Source: Octopus vulgaris (taxonomy: Eukaryota). From it: a stretch of 64,000 bases of DNA. Under the pieces are notes generated by a model. The model saw only the letters and a list, made by a program, of their open reading frames with translations, made no database searches and was not told the origin of the DNA. Shown here piece after piece: positions 11,259 to 24,187 of this stretch. Location of the stretch: the NCBI GenBank assembly GCA_951406725.2, contig OX597817.1, positions 155,248,001 through 155,312,000 on the forward strand. The letters run 5' to 3'. The translations under genes were made by a program, and so were the position numbers. Numbering within the stretch: position 1 is the stretch's first letter; each line of letters opens with the position of its first letter.

Positions 11259-12129
11259 AAGAAGGTTTTTGACAGGAGGTTATGTTCTAAACTGAAGAGG
11301 TGCCAAGACGTTTTAGGTGTTAAACAATGAATGGATCATATAGTGCTCCAGCATGGACACAGTTTACTGATGGAAACAATAAAAAGATAAATACCTTGGG
11401 GATATATCCCAGCACAATATTTAGGGTGTGACGCCCTAACCACTTGACAAAGCACCTTCATATGTGTGTGATAGATGGAAACTGAAAGAAGCCCACCATG
11501 TGTGTGTGTGTGCATCTTTGTGATTGTGCTTGTCGAACCCTACTTCTCAACAACCAGTGTTGGTTTGTTTATGTCCTTGTAACTTAGCAGTTCAGTAAAA
11601 GTGATCAATAGAACATGCGTTAGACTTCAGAAATAAATACTGGGATTGATTTATTTGACGGAACCCTTCAAGGGGGCGCCCCAGTATGGCTGCAGTTCAA
11701 TGACCGAAACAAGTAAAAAGACAGCCGATAAATCTGTTCTGAAGAAGGTTTTTGACAGGAGCCGATGTTCTTTGGTGAAGAGGTGCCAAGAAGTTTCAGG
11801 TGTTAAATAATGAATGGATTGTATAAGCGCTTCAGAGTACTGTACCAATGCAAGGTCAGTACTGGCACTGAGTGCACAAATACACACATGCACATACATG
11901 CACACAGTTACACACACACACGTGTATGTATGCACGTATCACTTACACACACATGCGTATGCACGCGCACACACACACACACAGTAGTTAGATATAATTT
12001 ATGTCCTGTCACTGATAGAGAGATAAATTCTGGATTGTTCCCAGCATTTGAACAAAGATTGTTCGCCTACAAACATACATACGCACACATACATGTGCGC
12101 AAACATATGTCTACACACATCACACACAT

Positions 12130-12162
12130 ATGCATTATGTGTGTGTGTGTATCTATCTATAC

Positions 12163-12202
<40 letters not shown>

Positions 12203-12255
12203 CTATCTATCTATCTATACATGTGTGTGTGTGTATCTATCTATCTATCTATCTA

Positions 12256-12286
<31 letters not shown>

Positions 12287-12405
12287 ATCTATCTATCTAT
12301 CTATCTATACATGTGTGTGTGAGTGTATCTATCTATCTATACATGTGTGTGTGTGTGTGTGTGCATCTATCTATCTATCTATCTATACATGTGTGTGTGT
12401 GTGTA
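12130..12405. repeat. Compound minisatellite of (TG)n(TATC)n-TATACA units
   Basis: About six repeating units visible. Confidence 0.9.
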
Positions 12406-12519
12406 TGATTGAACATACTTTTACACAGAACTATATACCTACCTCCCCACCTACACACACCTGTATTATCAAATCCTGATACATCTCTCTTATCAGAGAC
12501 TGTTTCAAATGAAATACAT

Positions 12520-12578
12520 TAAGATGAAGATGATAATGATGATGATGATAGGGTTGATGTTGCTGGTGGTGGTGGTGG

Positions 12579-12629
<51 letters not shown>

Positions 12630-12682
12630 GAGTACTGATGACAGTGAAGAGATAACAATGTTGATGACAATAAAAATAACAG

Positions 12683-12726
<44 letters not shown>

Positions 12727-12850
12727 GTGATAGCAGTGACAATGATGGTGGTGGTGATGATGATGGCAAAGGGGAGCAGGAAGAGAAAAAAAATCAATCA
12801 ATAAGTCTGTAGTAAATTTAATGAAACCTGTTCACAGACAACAGAGATGA

Positions 12851-12899
<49 letters not shown>

Positions 12900-13655
12900 G
12901 GGGGAAAGAAGGGAGAGAGACAGACAGACAAACAGACAGACAGAACAATGAGGAAGAAAGATGAAGAAAAAAAGTGGGAAGAACAAGAAAGAGAAAGGAA
13001 AACTGCAGAAGAAAGAAGGAAAGAAATATAACTCTTCCACTATTACTAATAATATATTATCACCCCCAGCTTCACCACCGCTAATCCACCACCATCAATC
13101 TTCACCATTAATTCATTAGCCATTATCATTAACACTATAGTTTACCATCATCACCACAACTTCAGCAATGGCAGCTTACTCCTCCTCCTTGACATCATCA
13201 CCATTACCACCACCACCACCACCACCACCACAACTATCACCACCGCCACCATCATTAAAGCACTATCCAATACCATCATCATCATCATCATCATCATAAG
13301 TAACACCACCACCATCATCATCATCACTACTACCATCACCACAATGCTATCACTGTCATCATGATGACAACCACTGCTATTAATAATATCAGTAATACTC
13401 CCACCACCTTCATCACCACCTCAATACCATTACCACCACCACCACAACCATCACCGCTGCCACCATCATTAAAGCACTATCCAATACCATCATCATCATC
13501 ATCATCATAAGTAACACCACCACCATCATCATCATCATCACCACAATGCTGTCACTGTCATCATGATGACAACCACTGCTATTAATAATATCATCACCAC
13601 AAGTAATACTCCCACCACCTCAATACCATGACCACCACCACCACCACCACCATTA
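12520..13655. repeat. Low-complexity block of (GAT)n, (GA)n and (CAC/CAT)n, including a ~200-bp direct duplication
   Basis: 13195-13410 is repeated at ~13430-13620. Confidence 0.85.
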
Positions 13656-13766
13656 TCTAAACTTTCCCCAAGGTCACCACAGCTACTCCCTCCCACACCC
13701 ATCACCGCTAATACATGTTGTTGCTACTGCTGCTGTTGTCTTGATGTCTATGTCTATATGACTCAC

Positions 13767-13907
13767 ACCTGTTCATGGTTATGTCAGCAATTGGTTTGGA
13801 CAGTGCCCAGTCAATAGTTTAGCCTCCAATACTGCAGCTGGAGGGAAGGAGAAAGAGAGAGACAGAGTGGAGAGAGAGACAGATAGAGGAAGAGAGAGGA
13901 AGAGTGG

Positions 13908-13939
<32 letters not shown>

Positions 13940-13993
13940 AGAGAAAGGAAGAGAGAGATGAAGCTCACCTATCTCGTTAGTCCAGTGCTGGTA
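13767..13993 (-). other. Candidate two-exon spliced unit (13969-13993 and 13767/13769-13837)
   Basis: AG|gtgagc donor at 13968, 131-nt pyrimidine-rich intron ending ttccctccag, second donor gtgtgagt just after ACCATGAACAG. Confidence 0.35.
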
Positions 13994-14647
13994 CTGTAAT
14001 CAATAAACCACACAACTCAGACACTATTAAATATACATAGACTTGCCTCACTACAACAACAACAATAACAATACCAATAACAACAACAACAACAACAACA
14101 ATAATGATAATAATAATCCTTTCTACTAGAAGCACAAGGCCTGAAATTCTTTTGGTGGTGGTGGTGGGGAGTCAATTACATCGAACCCCCCTGACCCCCC
14201 CCGTACTTGACTGGTACTTATTGACCCCCAAAAGGTTGAACTTGGAACATCAAGGCAGATGATGTGCTCCTGATCAGTTTGCTGCCTTCTCACTACTACT
14301 ACTACTACTACTACTACTATTACTACTACTACTAGTAGTGGTAACGACAACAACAACAACAGTTCCTTAAATGGACACAAGGTCACAAATTTTCATGGGA
14401 GTGGAAGAACTGATGAAAGTGACTGACCCCCAGTATCTGACAGGTACTTTGATATTGCCCAGTCGCTGCATCAAGAGATGAATGTCGGACTGTCGACCTC
14501 TGCAGGGTTTGAACTCAGAACATAAGGACAATTAGATACAGTAATGTTCTACCCTTTCAGATGATCTCCACCATTCCCTTAACAACAACAGCCACCACCG
14601 CTGCTACCAGTACCAGCACCAGTAACACCACCACCACCACCACCACC

Positions 14648-14882
14648 TATTTCTTTACTACCCACAAGGGGCTAAACACAGAGAGGACAAACAAGGACAG
14701 ACAAACGGATTAAGTCGATTACATCGACCCCAGTGCGTAACTGGTACTTAATTTATCGACCCCGAAAGGATGAAAGGCGAAGTTGACCTCGGCGGAATTT
14801 GAACTCAGAACGTAAAGACAGACGAAATACCGCTAAGCACTTCGCTCGGCGTGCTAACGTTTCTGCCAGCTCGCCGCCTTAA
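14648..14882 (-). mobile_element. SINE family C (Meta-domain-like) in (CAC)n
   Basis: Near-identical to the 3977-4208 and 45716-45950 copies. Confidence 0.9.
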
Positions 14883-15171
14883 ACCACCACCACCGCCGCC
14901 GCCACCGCCACCACCACCACCGCCACCGCCACCACCACCACCATCATTCATTTATTATTTTTTTCCATCAGAATCTATTCATATAAACAACATGTTACAG
15001 AAGGTGTTTACAAAACATTTGGGGATGTATAGAGAAATTTATGTAAAAAGCAAAAGGAGGGTGAATAACAGATGCTACATGATTTATTAAGACAGATATG
15101 AAAAAAGTATATTATTAAATTACAAAGAAATACACAAATCTCTATACACACACACACACACACGGTTTGGT

Positions 15172-15355
15172 ATAGGTATATGTTTGGCTGAATGGTTAAG
15201 AAGCTTGCTTCCTGATCATGTAGTCTAAGGTTCAGTCCCACTGCATCGCACCTTGGACAAGTGTCTTCTAACTATAGCTTAGAGCCAACCAAAGCCCTGT
15301 GAGTAGATTTGATAGATGGAAACTGAAAGAAGCCTACCATATGTGTGTGTGTGTG
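15172..15355 (+). mobile_element. SINE family A head
   Basis: ggttcagtcccactgcatcgcaccttggacaagtgtctt...ggaaactgaaagaagcc. Confidence 0.7.
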
Positions 15356-15393
15356 TCATCATCGTCGTCATCATCATCATAATCATCATTATT

Positions 15394-15946
15394 ATTGAGT
15401 GAGAGAGCAGTGCATGCCATCAAAGTGGCACTGGGGTAAAATATACGAAGCCCAGTATACCCATCATGACCACCCGTCTGATAAGGGTACACCAGGCATA
15501 TGCATCACAACCATATGTGCACGACATGGTGAGCTCATATCAATATAAACAGCGCATGACCTTGCAGGTGGGGCCCAGTTAGAATTTTCTTCTGGTTGAG
15601 TAGCCCATCCCACTCAAAAAGTCCCTGAATAAGGATTGTTTCAAGATGTTGAACGAAACACCCATGTTTCCAAAGATGAATTACCCAAACCTCTAAGAAT
15701 TCCTTTCAACACATGGCTATGATGCTCCCCCACTACTTCTGCTCGTTATCAGAGATGCACATATCGTCAGCCACTACGGGACATGGTCAACTGGTTAAGG
15801 TCAAACAACTGACAAGCAAATCTGTGGTATTAAGCAGAATATTTGCTGTAGCCCATCTTTTATACCAAGACAAAACAATGTACATGATAACGCTTTCAGT
15901 TAAGATCAGAAGCCATGAGAGCCACTGCCTGGTACTGCATCAGGGC

Positions 15947-15950
<4 letters not shown>
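15394..15950. mobile_element. Unclassified ~560-bp interspersed repeat inserted in (TTA)n
   Basis: Colinear second copy at 53419-53986 with the same ends, also within (TTA)n. Confidence 0.8.
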
Positions 15951-15982
<32 letters not shown>

Positions 15983-16222
15983 CATCATTATCATTATCAT
16001 TATTATTATCATTATTAGGCCAGCAAACTGGCAGAAACATTAGCTCACCTGTTGCTATGTTCTGAGTTCAAATTCTGCTAAGGTCAACTTTGCTTTTTAT
16101 CCTTTCTGGGTCAATAAATTAAGTACCAGTGAAACACTGGGAGTTGATGTAATTGATTTATCTCCTCCCGAAAATAGCTACCCTTGTGGCAAAATTTGAA
16201 GCTGCTGCTGCTGCTGCTGCTG

Positions 16223-16279
<57 letters not shown>

Positions 16280-16295
16280 TTACTACTACTACTAC

Positions 16296-16340
<45 letters not shown>

Positions 16341-16484
16341 GGTGACAAGCTGGCAGAATCATTAGCATGCTGGATGAAATGCTAAGCAGTATTTTGTCCA
16401 TCTTCCATGCTCTGAGTTCAAATTTCGTTGAGGTTGAGTTTGCCTTTCATCCTTTTGGGGTTGACAGAATAAGTACAAGCTGAG

Positions 16485-17515
16485 GTGATGTTGGCCTGCA
16501 CAGCTGATGGAGGAAAGCTGCCACCTTACGTTGTCTTCAAGTGGAAGACACTATCCAAGTGTCCGAAAGGGATCATCATTCAAGCCCAAGCGAAAGGTTG
16601 GATGGACCAGGTACTCATCAGGGACTGGCTTTGAGTAGTGTGGGGGCACCGGATGAGTGGACTGCATCAGAGAAGGAGTCTCCTGGTTCTGGATACATTC
16701 AGATGCCACAAGTCAGAAGAAAACAAGGTGAAGATATGTCATCTGAACATCGACGTGGCAATGATCCCTGGGGGAATGATATCAGTTTTTCAACCCTTTG
16801 ATGTTGCAATCAACACACCGTTTAAGAAGCACTGCAGGGAGCATTGGATGGCCAATACACCAAAGGAGATGACAAAGACTCGATGCATGAAGAAAATCGA
16901 CTTGGGGACAATCTGTGGGTGAATCCTGAAGGTCTGGGAAGAGATTCCAGAAGACATCATCAAGCTGGCTTTCCTGAAGTGCTGCATATCCAACACACTC
17001 AACAGCACGGAAGATGACATCTTGTGGGATGACGACGTCATCTCTCTCGACTCTTCTGACTCCAGCGATGACAAAGATGAATTGGCATATGCAGACAATC
17101 AACTCTACGAGGTCTTCAACAGGTCATCTGATGCCAAAGCGTTCTTAGGCTTTGAGTGAAGTCTCTACCCATTAGGGTCAGTCCTTTCTAGGACCACACA
17201 TTTTCAAGAAAGATTATAAAGATCACAATATGAATAAATCATATAAACACACATAATAAAAAGATGTTCTCTTATTATCTCCTGCATTTAAAACCTGGAC
17301 TTCTTCCATTAATAATTTTGAATATCAATGATTGCAGTCAGAAATGTTTGTTAAGTATGAAAATCACGAAATTGAAGTTTGTATTCATCCTGTATTTCTC
17401 CCTTTTCATTAACCCCAGTTATTTCCCAGTTTCCTCCACATTTTTCCTCTGTTGGGGATCAAAAGTCAGGGGTGCGGTTTATACATGGGTGCAGCTTACA
17501 CACTGGCAAATATGG
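16485..17515 (+). mobile_element. 5'-truncated pogo-superfamily (Passer/Tc2-like, DD35D) transposon relic
   Basis: Frame 16485-17159 reads VMLACTADGGKLPPYVVFK..KGWMD..LLVLD-x35-D(QPFD)..AFLKCCIS with two stops; right end ...ggcaaatatgg followed by TA. Confidence 0.85.
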
Positions 17516-17990
17516 TAATCATATTGACTGGGGTTGATATACACTATTCCACAAGTTTTGGCTTGAAATCATCATTATTATTATTATTATCATAAATTTT
17601 CTAATTGCTTTAGCTTGGGTATGCAGGTATTTCGAAAATACCACACAGAGTGACAATCACACCCTGCATAGTTATGGGCTGCTTTTATGCACGGCATGGC
17701 ACTCGTTCAGCCACCCTGCCAGGGATGCGGCAAAGACATGAGACTGCAGCCTGGCAGATTGTGAAGAGGTAGTGGAAGAGCTCAACTGAGTCAATGGTGC
17801 TTCTCACATTGATGCTGAGTGGAGCAATCCTAGAAGATCAACAGTCAGGACCACCAAGCTCTATCCAGAGAGTAACTGCAACGTATCCACAGGGGTGGTG
17901 GCCATGGTTCTGCAATCAGCTAATGAAAGCTTCACTATGACTCAAGCTCCCAATTCAAATTCATAATAATGAAATTGAATAGCAACAAAC

Positions 17991-18405
17991 GTGTAGGAGT
18001 GGCTGTGTGGTAAGTAGCTGGCTTACCAACTACATGGTTCCGGGTTCAGTCCCACTGTGTGGCGCCTTGGGCAAGTGTCTTCTACTATAGCCTCGGGCTG
18101 ACCAAAGCCTTGTGAGTGGATTTGGTAGACGGAAACTGAAAGAAGCCCGTCGTTTATATGTATATATATATATGTATGTGTGTGTCTGTGTTTGCCCCCC
18201 CCCCCCCCCAACATCGCTTGACAACCGATGCTGCTGTGTTTACGTCCCTGTAACTTAGCGGTTTGGCAGAAGAGACCGATAGAATAAGTACTAGGCTTGC
18301 AAAAAAATAAGTCCTGGGGTCGAGTTGCTCGATTAAAGGTGGTGCTCCAGCATGGCCGCAGTCAAATGACTGAAACAAGTAAAAGAGTAAAAGAGTAAAG
18401 AGAGT
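17991..18405 (+). mobile_element. SINE family A, full length
   Basis: tRNA-like head through to the (gtaaaaga)n tail. Confidence 0.9.
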
Positions 18406-18637
18406 CATGGGAATCTGCGAAAGCAGAGCAAAATAAATTACTTTAGCACAGAAGTCATGTAAATTTTCTGCCTCAGCTTTTTCATTTCATGCTTTGTTTC
18501 ATTATCAAACTGAAAAAAATATATATACATACATCCATCTCATGAATCATTTCAACATGAATGATAAATGATATTATAAATTGAAAATCAATATAGCTCA
18601 ATATGGCTCAATATGAAGATTTTAAGCTATTAAAATT

Positions 18638-19028
18638 GGTGGAAGCACTCCGTCGGTTACGACGACGAGGCTTCCGGTTGATCCGAATTAACGGAACAGC
18701 CTGCTCGTGAAATTAACGTGTAAGTGGCTGAGCACTCCACAGACACGTGCACCCTTAACGTAGTTCTCGGGGATATTCAGCGTGACACAGAGAGTGACAA
18801 GGCCGGCCCTTTGAAATACAAGGTACAACAGAAACAGGAAGAAAGAGTGAGAGAAAGTTGTGGTGAAAGAGTACAGCAGGGATCACCACCATCCCCTGCC
18901 GGAGCCTCGTGGAGCTTTAGGTGTTTTCACTCAATAAACACTCACAACGCCCGGTCTGGGAATCGAAACCGCGATCTTATGACCGCGAGTCCGCTGCCCT
19001 AACCACTGGGCCATTGCGCCTCCACTAC
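18638..19028 (-). mobile_element. tRNA-derived SINE family B, full length
   Basis: Head ggaggcgcaatggcccagtggttagggcagcg..ggtttcgattccc; 12-bp TSD gctattaaaatt. Confidence 0.9.
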
Positions 19029-19042
19029 GCTATTAAAATTAA

Positions 19043-19263
19043 CCCTTTAGTGTTCACATTATTCTACCAAAATTTATGCTTTTTCATTCACATTGCCTTG
19101 AACTAATCAGGCATTATCTTGTAGCTTTGAGATTTTGATGAGGTAGCTGTTCATTTTTAAAACGATATTGTAGGGTTGGTGTGAGAGACCAGATCTGGCC
19201 AGTTTGAACATAAAACAGGCAGAATACTTTTGGCCGGATATGGCCGGTTTAAATGCTAAAGGG
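19043..19263. mobile_element. piggyBac-type MITE, family 1
   Basis: TTAA|CCCTTTAG...CTAAAGGG|TTAA; related copies at 22039-22246 and 51466-51686. Confidence 0.85.
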
Positions 19264-20410
19264 TTAATCCTGTTTGGGACTCTCAGCTTATACTAATAAT
19301 TTGAACAACAACAAGAACAAGAACAAAACAAAACAAACACTCATACACTAGCATGCTGACATGTATGCGTGCACACACACACACACACACACAATAATAA
19401 TAATAATAACAAATAAGAAGCAAGTGAAAGCAGAGAACTTGGAAATTGATCCAAGACCTACAAGCTGTGCAATATAAACCTGGTTGAGTGTGAGAATATG
19501 TAGAAGTGAGCTAAGCAGGCAGCTGGGATTGAGAGACATCAGCTGTTGTGTTCTATTGTGGTACTTTGGTGGTATGAAGTAATTAAAACTGATGAAAAAG
19601 AATGTCAATGTAGCACCGGCTTTGATGTCAACAAATTGGCTGCCATTTTGACAGAGAAGAGAACAACGCCAAATATGGAAAATAAAATCCTGCACAGAGT
19701 AAACTTTCTGTCAGGTTGCAAATCATAGAGAAAATGATTTATTTGTCAGTTATGATTCAATTCGTAATCTTAAAACCTCAAAAGAAGAAAGAAGTGTCAT
19801 AATGCAATTATAATAGACAAGATCAATGCTATTAGGGTAAATTTTCACAAATGGTCATCGAAAATATCTAGACATGTCTGTGCTTGTTTAAGACACATTG
19901 AAGTAGGAGCAAGATTGAATTATTCAAATCATCAATATTATGTCTCTCGGAGACTCAACTTTGTTAAAAACCACTCTTTGGTTTGTCAGGCTGGCTGCTA
20001 ATAAAGAATATTAAATAAAAATGTCCTTTGATTGTATCCAAAAGAAGTTTTTCAGTAAGAGAAAATAAAAATCATATCAAGTTCATCCATATATTTCTGT
20101 TTCTTATACAACAAATTTACAACTTCCACTTTACAACAGCAATTTGCTTTAAAATATATTTAAGAATGAGGTGGCTAGATAAAATTAGTATTTAGTTATA
20201 CTGCTTTAAATTGAATTTAAATGCAACCAGTATAGATTTTGCTTTTGATCCTTTCAGGGTCAATAAATATATACCAGTCATGCGCTCAAGTCAATATAAT
20301 TGACTGTTCTATCCCTCAAAAATCTGTGATCTTACAAATATATCAGAAATCAATACTAAGAAAGATGGTCGTTGGCTGGTAGTAGAAATTGTGAACAAAC
20401 AGTGTCTTAG

Positions 20411-21135
20411 TGGCACTCTGCTGGTTATGACGATGAGGGTTCCAGTTGATTCAATCAATGGAAAAGCCTACTCTTTTACTCTTTTACTTGTTTCAGTCAT
20501 TTGACTGTGGCCATGCTGGAGCACCACCTTTAGTCGAGCAAATCGACCTCAGGATTTATCCTTTGTAAGCCTAGTACTTATTCTATCAGTCTCTTTTGCC
20601 GAACCGCTAAGTTATGGTGATGTAAACACACCAGAATCAGTTGTCAAGCGATGTTGGGGGGGGGGACAAACACAGACACACAAACATGTTCACACACACA
20701 TATATATATACACAATGGGCTTCTTTCTATTTCCGTCTACCAAATCCACTCGCAAGGCTTTGGGCGACCCGAGGCTATAGTAGAAGACACTTGCCCAAGG
20801 TGCCACTCAATGGGACTGCACCCGGAACCATGTGGTTGGTAAACAAGCTACTTACCACACAGCCACTCCTACGCCTAATGAAAATAACATGCAAGTGGCT
20901 GAGCACTCCACAGACATGTGTATCCTTAATGTAGTTCTCAGGGAGATTCGGCATGACACAAAACATGACAAGGGTGGCCCTTTGAATTACAAGTACAACT
21001 CAATTTTGCCAGCTGAGTGGACTAGAGCAATGAGAAATAAAGTGTCCTGCTCAAGAACACAATGTGTCACCAGTTTTCAAACTCATGACCTTACGATCAG
21101 AAACTGAATATCCTACTAGGCCATATGCCTTCACA
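20411..21135 (-). mobile_element. Family B-related SINE with a nested family A SINE (20470-20875)
   Basis: Family B 3' domain is split by a full-length family A copy. Confidence 0.8.
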
Positions 21136-22038
21136 CACTGCTTTACATTCTGAGTTCAAATCCCATTGTTTGGTAAACCTTGCTTTACATGTCACAGAGG
21201 TTGATAAAAAAAAAACCCAAAAGACTAATAATAAATATATTGTATTCAATTCAATCCATCATACTCATCTCTTACAAATTTGTGATATACCATGTACCAA
21301 GGGAACACAAGTTTAAGGATTTGCTACAATAATAGTCTGTGCAAGGGACACTAAATACAGTTTCCATGACATAAATTGAAAACTATTGAAAAGAGAATTT
21401 AGGTCAGTCTACTTGAAATCATTTCACACACATCTGGGAAGTTTTAGATGATTAATTTTTATGTTCCTAATAAAAGATTTGCAATTTGTTGTTGAATTCA
21501 TTTTCACCAAATAATGAATAATACAAACCATCACACCAAACTGGGTGAGCTAAACATTAGGATTATCTCTTAGCACAACAGCTGGATATTTATAGACCTT
21601 AATGATAAACTACCAACAGCAATTTATCCTGGCAATGGTTCAACACTTCTGTAGATCAACTTTCATAATACTGCTATTTAAACAGATTTCATTTCAAAGA
21701 ACCTACTGATGTTTGACATCCAGTGACAAAGACTACCATGAATAACAACACAAATAAAATATGAGCCAAGCAGGGGACCTCTATGTGCTCACTCAACCTG
21801 CTAACAATAGCATCAAAGACCTCCTCTAAAACATACCTTACTATCTTGAAAAAGAAATGCTATATTATATCCGAAAAGAACGAAAAGAAAAATTAGATAG
21901 TTGTAGCTTGAATGTCTTGGGCCATAGATCTACTGGATCAAAGCTGATATGGGAATAAATGCAATGAAGTTTGTATGAGAGTTCTTATTCAACCAATCCT
22001 TCGATCTTGTTAACACAACAACCAAACACCTCCTTTAA

Positions 22039-22246
22039 TCCTTTAGCATATAAACTGGCCATGTCAAGTTCAAATATTCTACCCATTTTATATTCAAGTC
22101 ATTCAGAAACAGCCTCTTATACGTATCTTACAAAGTTGTTCTAAAAATAAGCAATCACATCATCAAAATTTCCAAGCTGTGAAATAATATATGATTAATT
22201 TAAAACAAAGCATTACATTTGATAGAGCAATCTGAATACTAAAAGG
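22039..22246. mobile_element. piggyBac-type MITE, family 1 (diverged)
   Basis: TTAA flanks, tcctttag/ctaaaagg termini. Confidence 0.7.
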
Positions 22247-22324
22247 TTAAACTTAATACAATTGAAATAGGGACAACACAAACTAGTAAGTAACCATTCA
22301 AACTATTAAATACAGCAATTAAGT

Positions 22325-22625
22325 CATCATCATCGTCACTTAGTGTCTGCTTTCCATGCTGGCATGCGTTAGACAGTTTGACAGAAACTGGTAAGCTGGA
22401 GGGCTGCACCAGGTTCCAATCTGATTTGGCATGGTTTCTATGGCTGGATGCCCTTCCTAATGCCAACCACTCCAAGAGTGTAATGGGTGCTTTTTATGTG
22501 CCACTGGCATGGGTGCCAGTTATGTGGCACTGGCATTGGCCATGACTATGATTTCACTTGGCTTCACGGGTCTTCTCAAATACAGCATATTGCCAATGGT
22601 CTTGGTCACTTGTGAGTGCCTCCAT
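22325..22625 (-). mobile_element. RTE-tail non-autonomous retroposon/SINE
   Basis: (cat)n...tttccatgctggcatg...ggatgcccttcctaatgccaaccactc. Confidence 0.75.
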
Positions 22626-22683
22626 GAAGCACATCTCCATCAATAAACTCTCAGCCATATTTAAAATGCAAGTCAATGTTTAA

Positions 22684-23124
22684 CCTTTTCATTACAGTAT
22701 TTATTTTGAGATGCTCTGTGTTTCTTCCAATTATTTTAAATATATTTTTTTACTACCCACAAGGGGCTAAACACTGAGGGGACAAACAAGGACAGACAAA
22801 CGGATTAAGTCAATTACATCGACCCCAGTGCATAACTGGTACTTAATTTATCGACCCCAAAAGGATGAAAGGCAAAGTCGACCTCGGCGGAATTTGAACC
22901 CAGAACGTAATGGCAGACGAAATACGGCTACGCATTTCGCCCGGCGTGCTAACGTTTCTGCCAGCAAAGAATTTAGTAAAATAATATCAATATCATTAAG
23001 CTAGTGTTAGGAACATAAATTGTGACTAAGGTTTGGTAGAAGATTTTAATTCAAAACTTTTGAAAGCCAGACATTTGTACTAAAAGAGCCAGAGCCGGTT
23101 TCAGCCGGGTTGGTAACAAAAGGG
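22684..23124. mobile_element. piggyBac-type MITE, family 2, with nested family C SINE (22744-22965)
   Basis: TTAA TSDs; body matches 26027-26248, 26948-27158 and 47031-47251. Confidence 0.85.
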
Positions 23125-23214
23125 TTAAGACAGTGAATAGCCATGGTTAAAAGTCTGAAGTCAACACACAGGATATAAAAATATTTCTATATCCAGGGTG
23201 GTGGTCAGTTGATT

Positions 23215-23355
23215 GCAAGCTTTTCATCATCCAGAAGAGAATCTCTGTTCATACCAATAGCATCCACTATTTCAACTATTGTTGGTTTTCGAAGGTCACA
23301 CGCATAATAGTACATTATAAATCATTATTTCCAATCATGTGGCTTACATTAACTC
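23215..23355 (-). pseudogene. Decayed duplicate (pseudo-exon) of the 5' half of the DUS4L exon and its acceptor region
   Basis: Aligns to 24125-24265; reads IVEIVDAIGMNRDSLLDDE versus MVDILDASNSVSRLSLLGDG; acceptor CAG changed to CGT and ATG to ATA. Confidence 0.75.
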
Positions 23356-24035
23356 AAGAGTTCAGCATAAAATATTTCAAGAGTGGTGGCCAGTTTACTG
23401 TGTCCTGTTAAGTCTTGGTCATGACAACTAAAATGGCAAAATAAGATTTAGGACATAAAGGGCTTTAATCAAACAGACCTAACCATGGCTAAACAACAAA
23501 CATATATGTGAAATGGAGAGAAAAAAAAATTTATGGTTTGCTATTTTGGCCACCAAAGAAAAATGGTCCACACTGATTCTATATCCCACTTAAACTCCAC
23601 ATGATGAATCTATTTTACATCCCTATATTAAAAACTATAGCAGGGCCCCAACCTCACCAAAAATAAAAACCAAACAACAGAGATTACAATCAGACAAGAT
23701 CTAATATTTTTCTTTTAACACACTCCATCCAAGCCAGAACCAGCCAACTGATGTCAGCATGCAGACTGGCAATAGAATAATGATGAAGATGGTGGTGGTG
23801 GTGATGGTGATGGTGATGATGATGAGGAGGAGGAGGAAGAGGCAGAAGAGGATGATGACAACAATGATGGCCTTGACAACTGATTAGCATTAAAAACAGT
23901 ATCCACTTGTAAAAAAAAAAACATCTCTGACAATTCATGCAAATATATGAGTTTGAAGTTGCAGCCAACCCACTGAATAGTCGTAGAAATATTTCATAAC
24001 TAACCAATCAACAAGCAAGAAAACAAACTACTTAC

Positions 24036-24187
24036 TTTGAGTAACGTACCATGGGGGCACAGATCCTCACAAATTTCCTTTCAGCAAAAAGCTCCAGAGG
24101 TTTCTTCCATTTGAAATCCTGTTCTTCTCCGTCACCCAGAAGAGAAAGTCTGCTCACACTATTGCTGGCATCCAATATATCAACCAT
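24036..24187 (-). CDS. DUS4L: tRNA-dihydrouridine(20a/20b) synthase DUS4-like, first coding exon (exon 24036-24207)
   Basis: Acceptor ctatgcag| at 24208, GCCACA-ATG-G start, 50 codons MVDILDASNSVSRLSLLGDGEEQDFKWKKPLELFAERKFVRICAPMVRYS plus split K, donor AA|gtaagt; CAPMVRYSK is the conserved Dus4 N-terminal motif. Confidence 0.88.

Noticed and set aside
11810-13342. ORFs rich in poly-His/Ser/Ile/CV
   Set aside because: Translations of (GAT)n, (CAC)n, (TG)n and (TATC)n microsatellites; no domain content
19637-19650. YY1-like motif CAAAATGGCAGCC on the minus strand
   Set aside because: Single short motif without other promoter evidence
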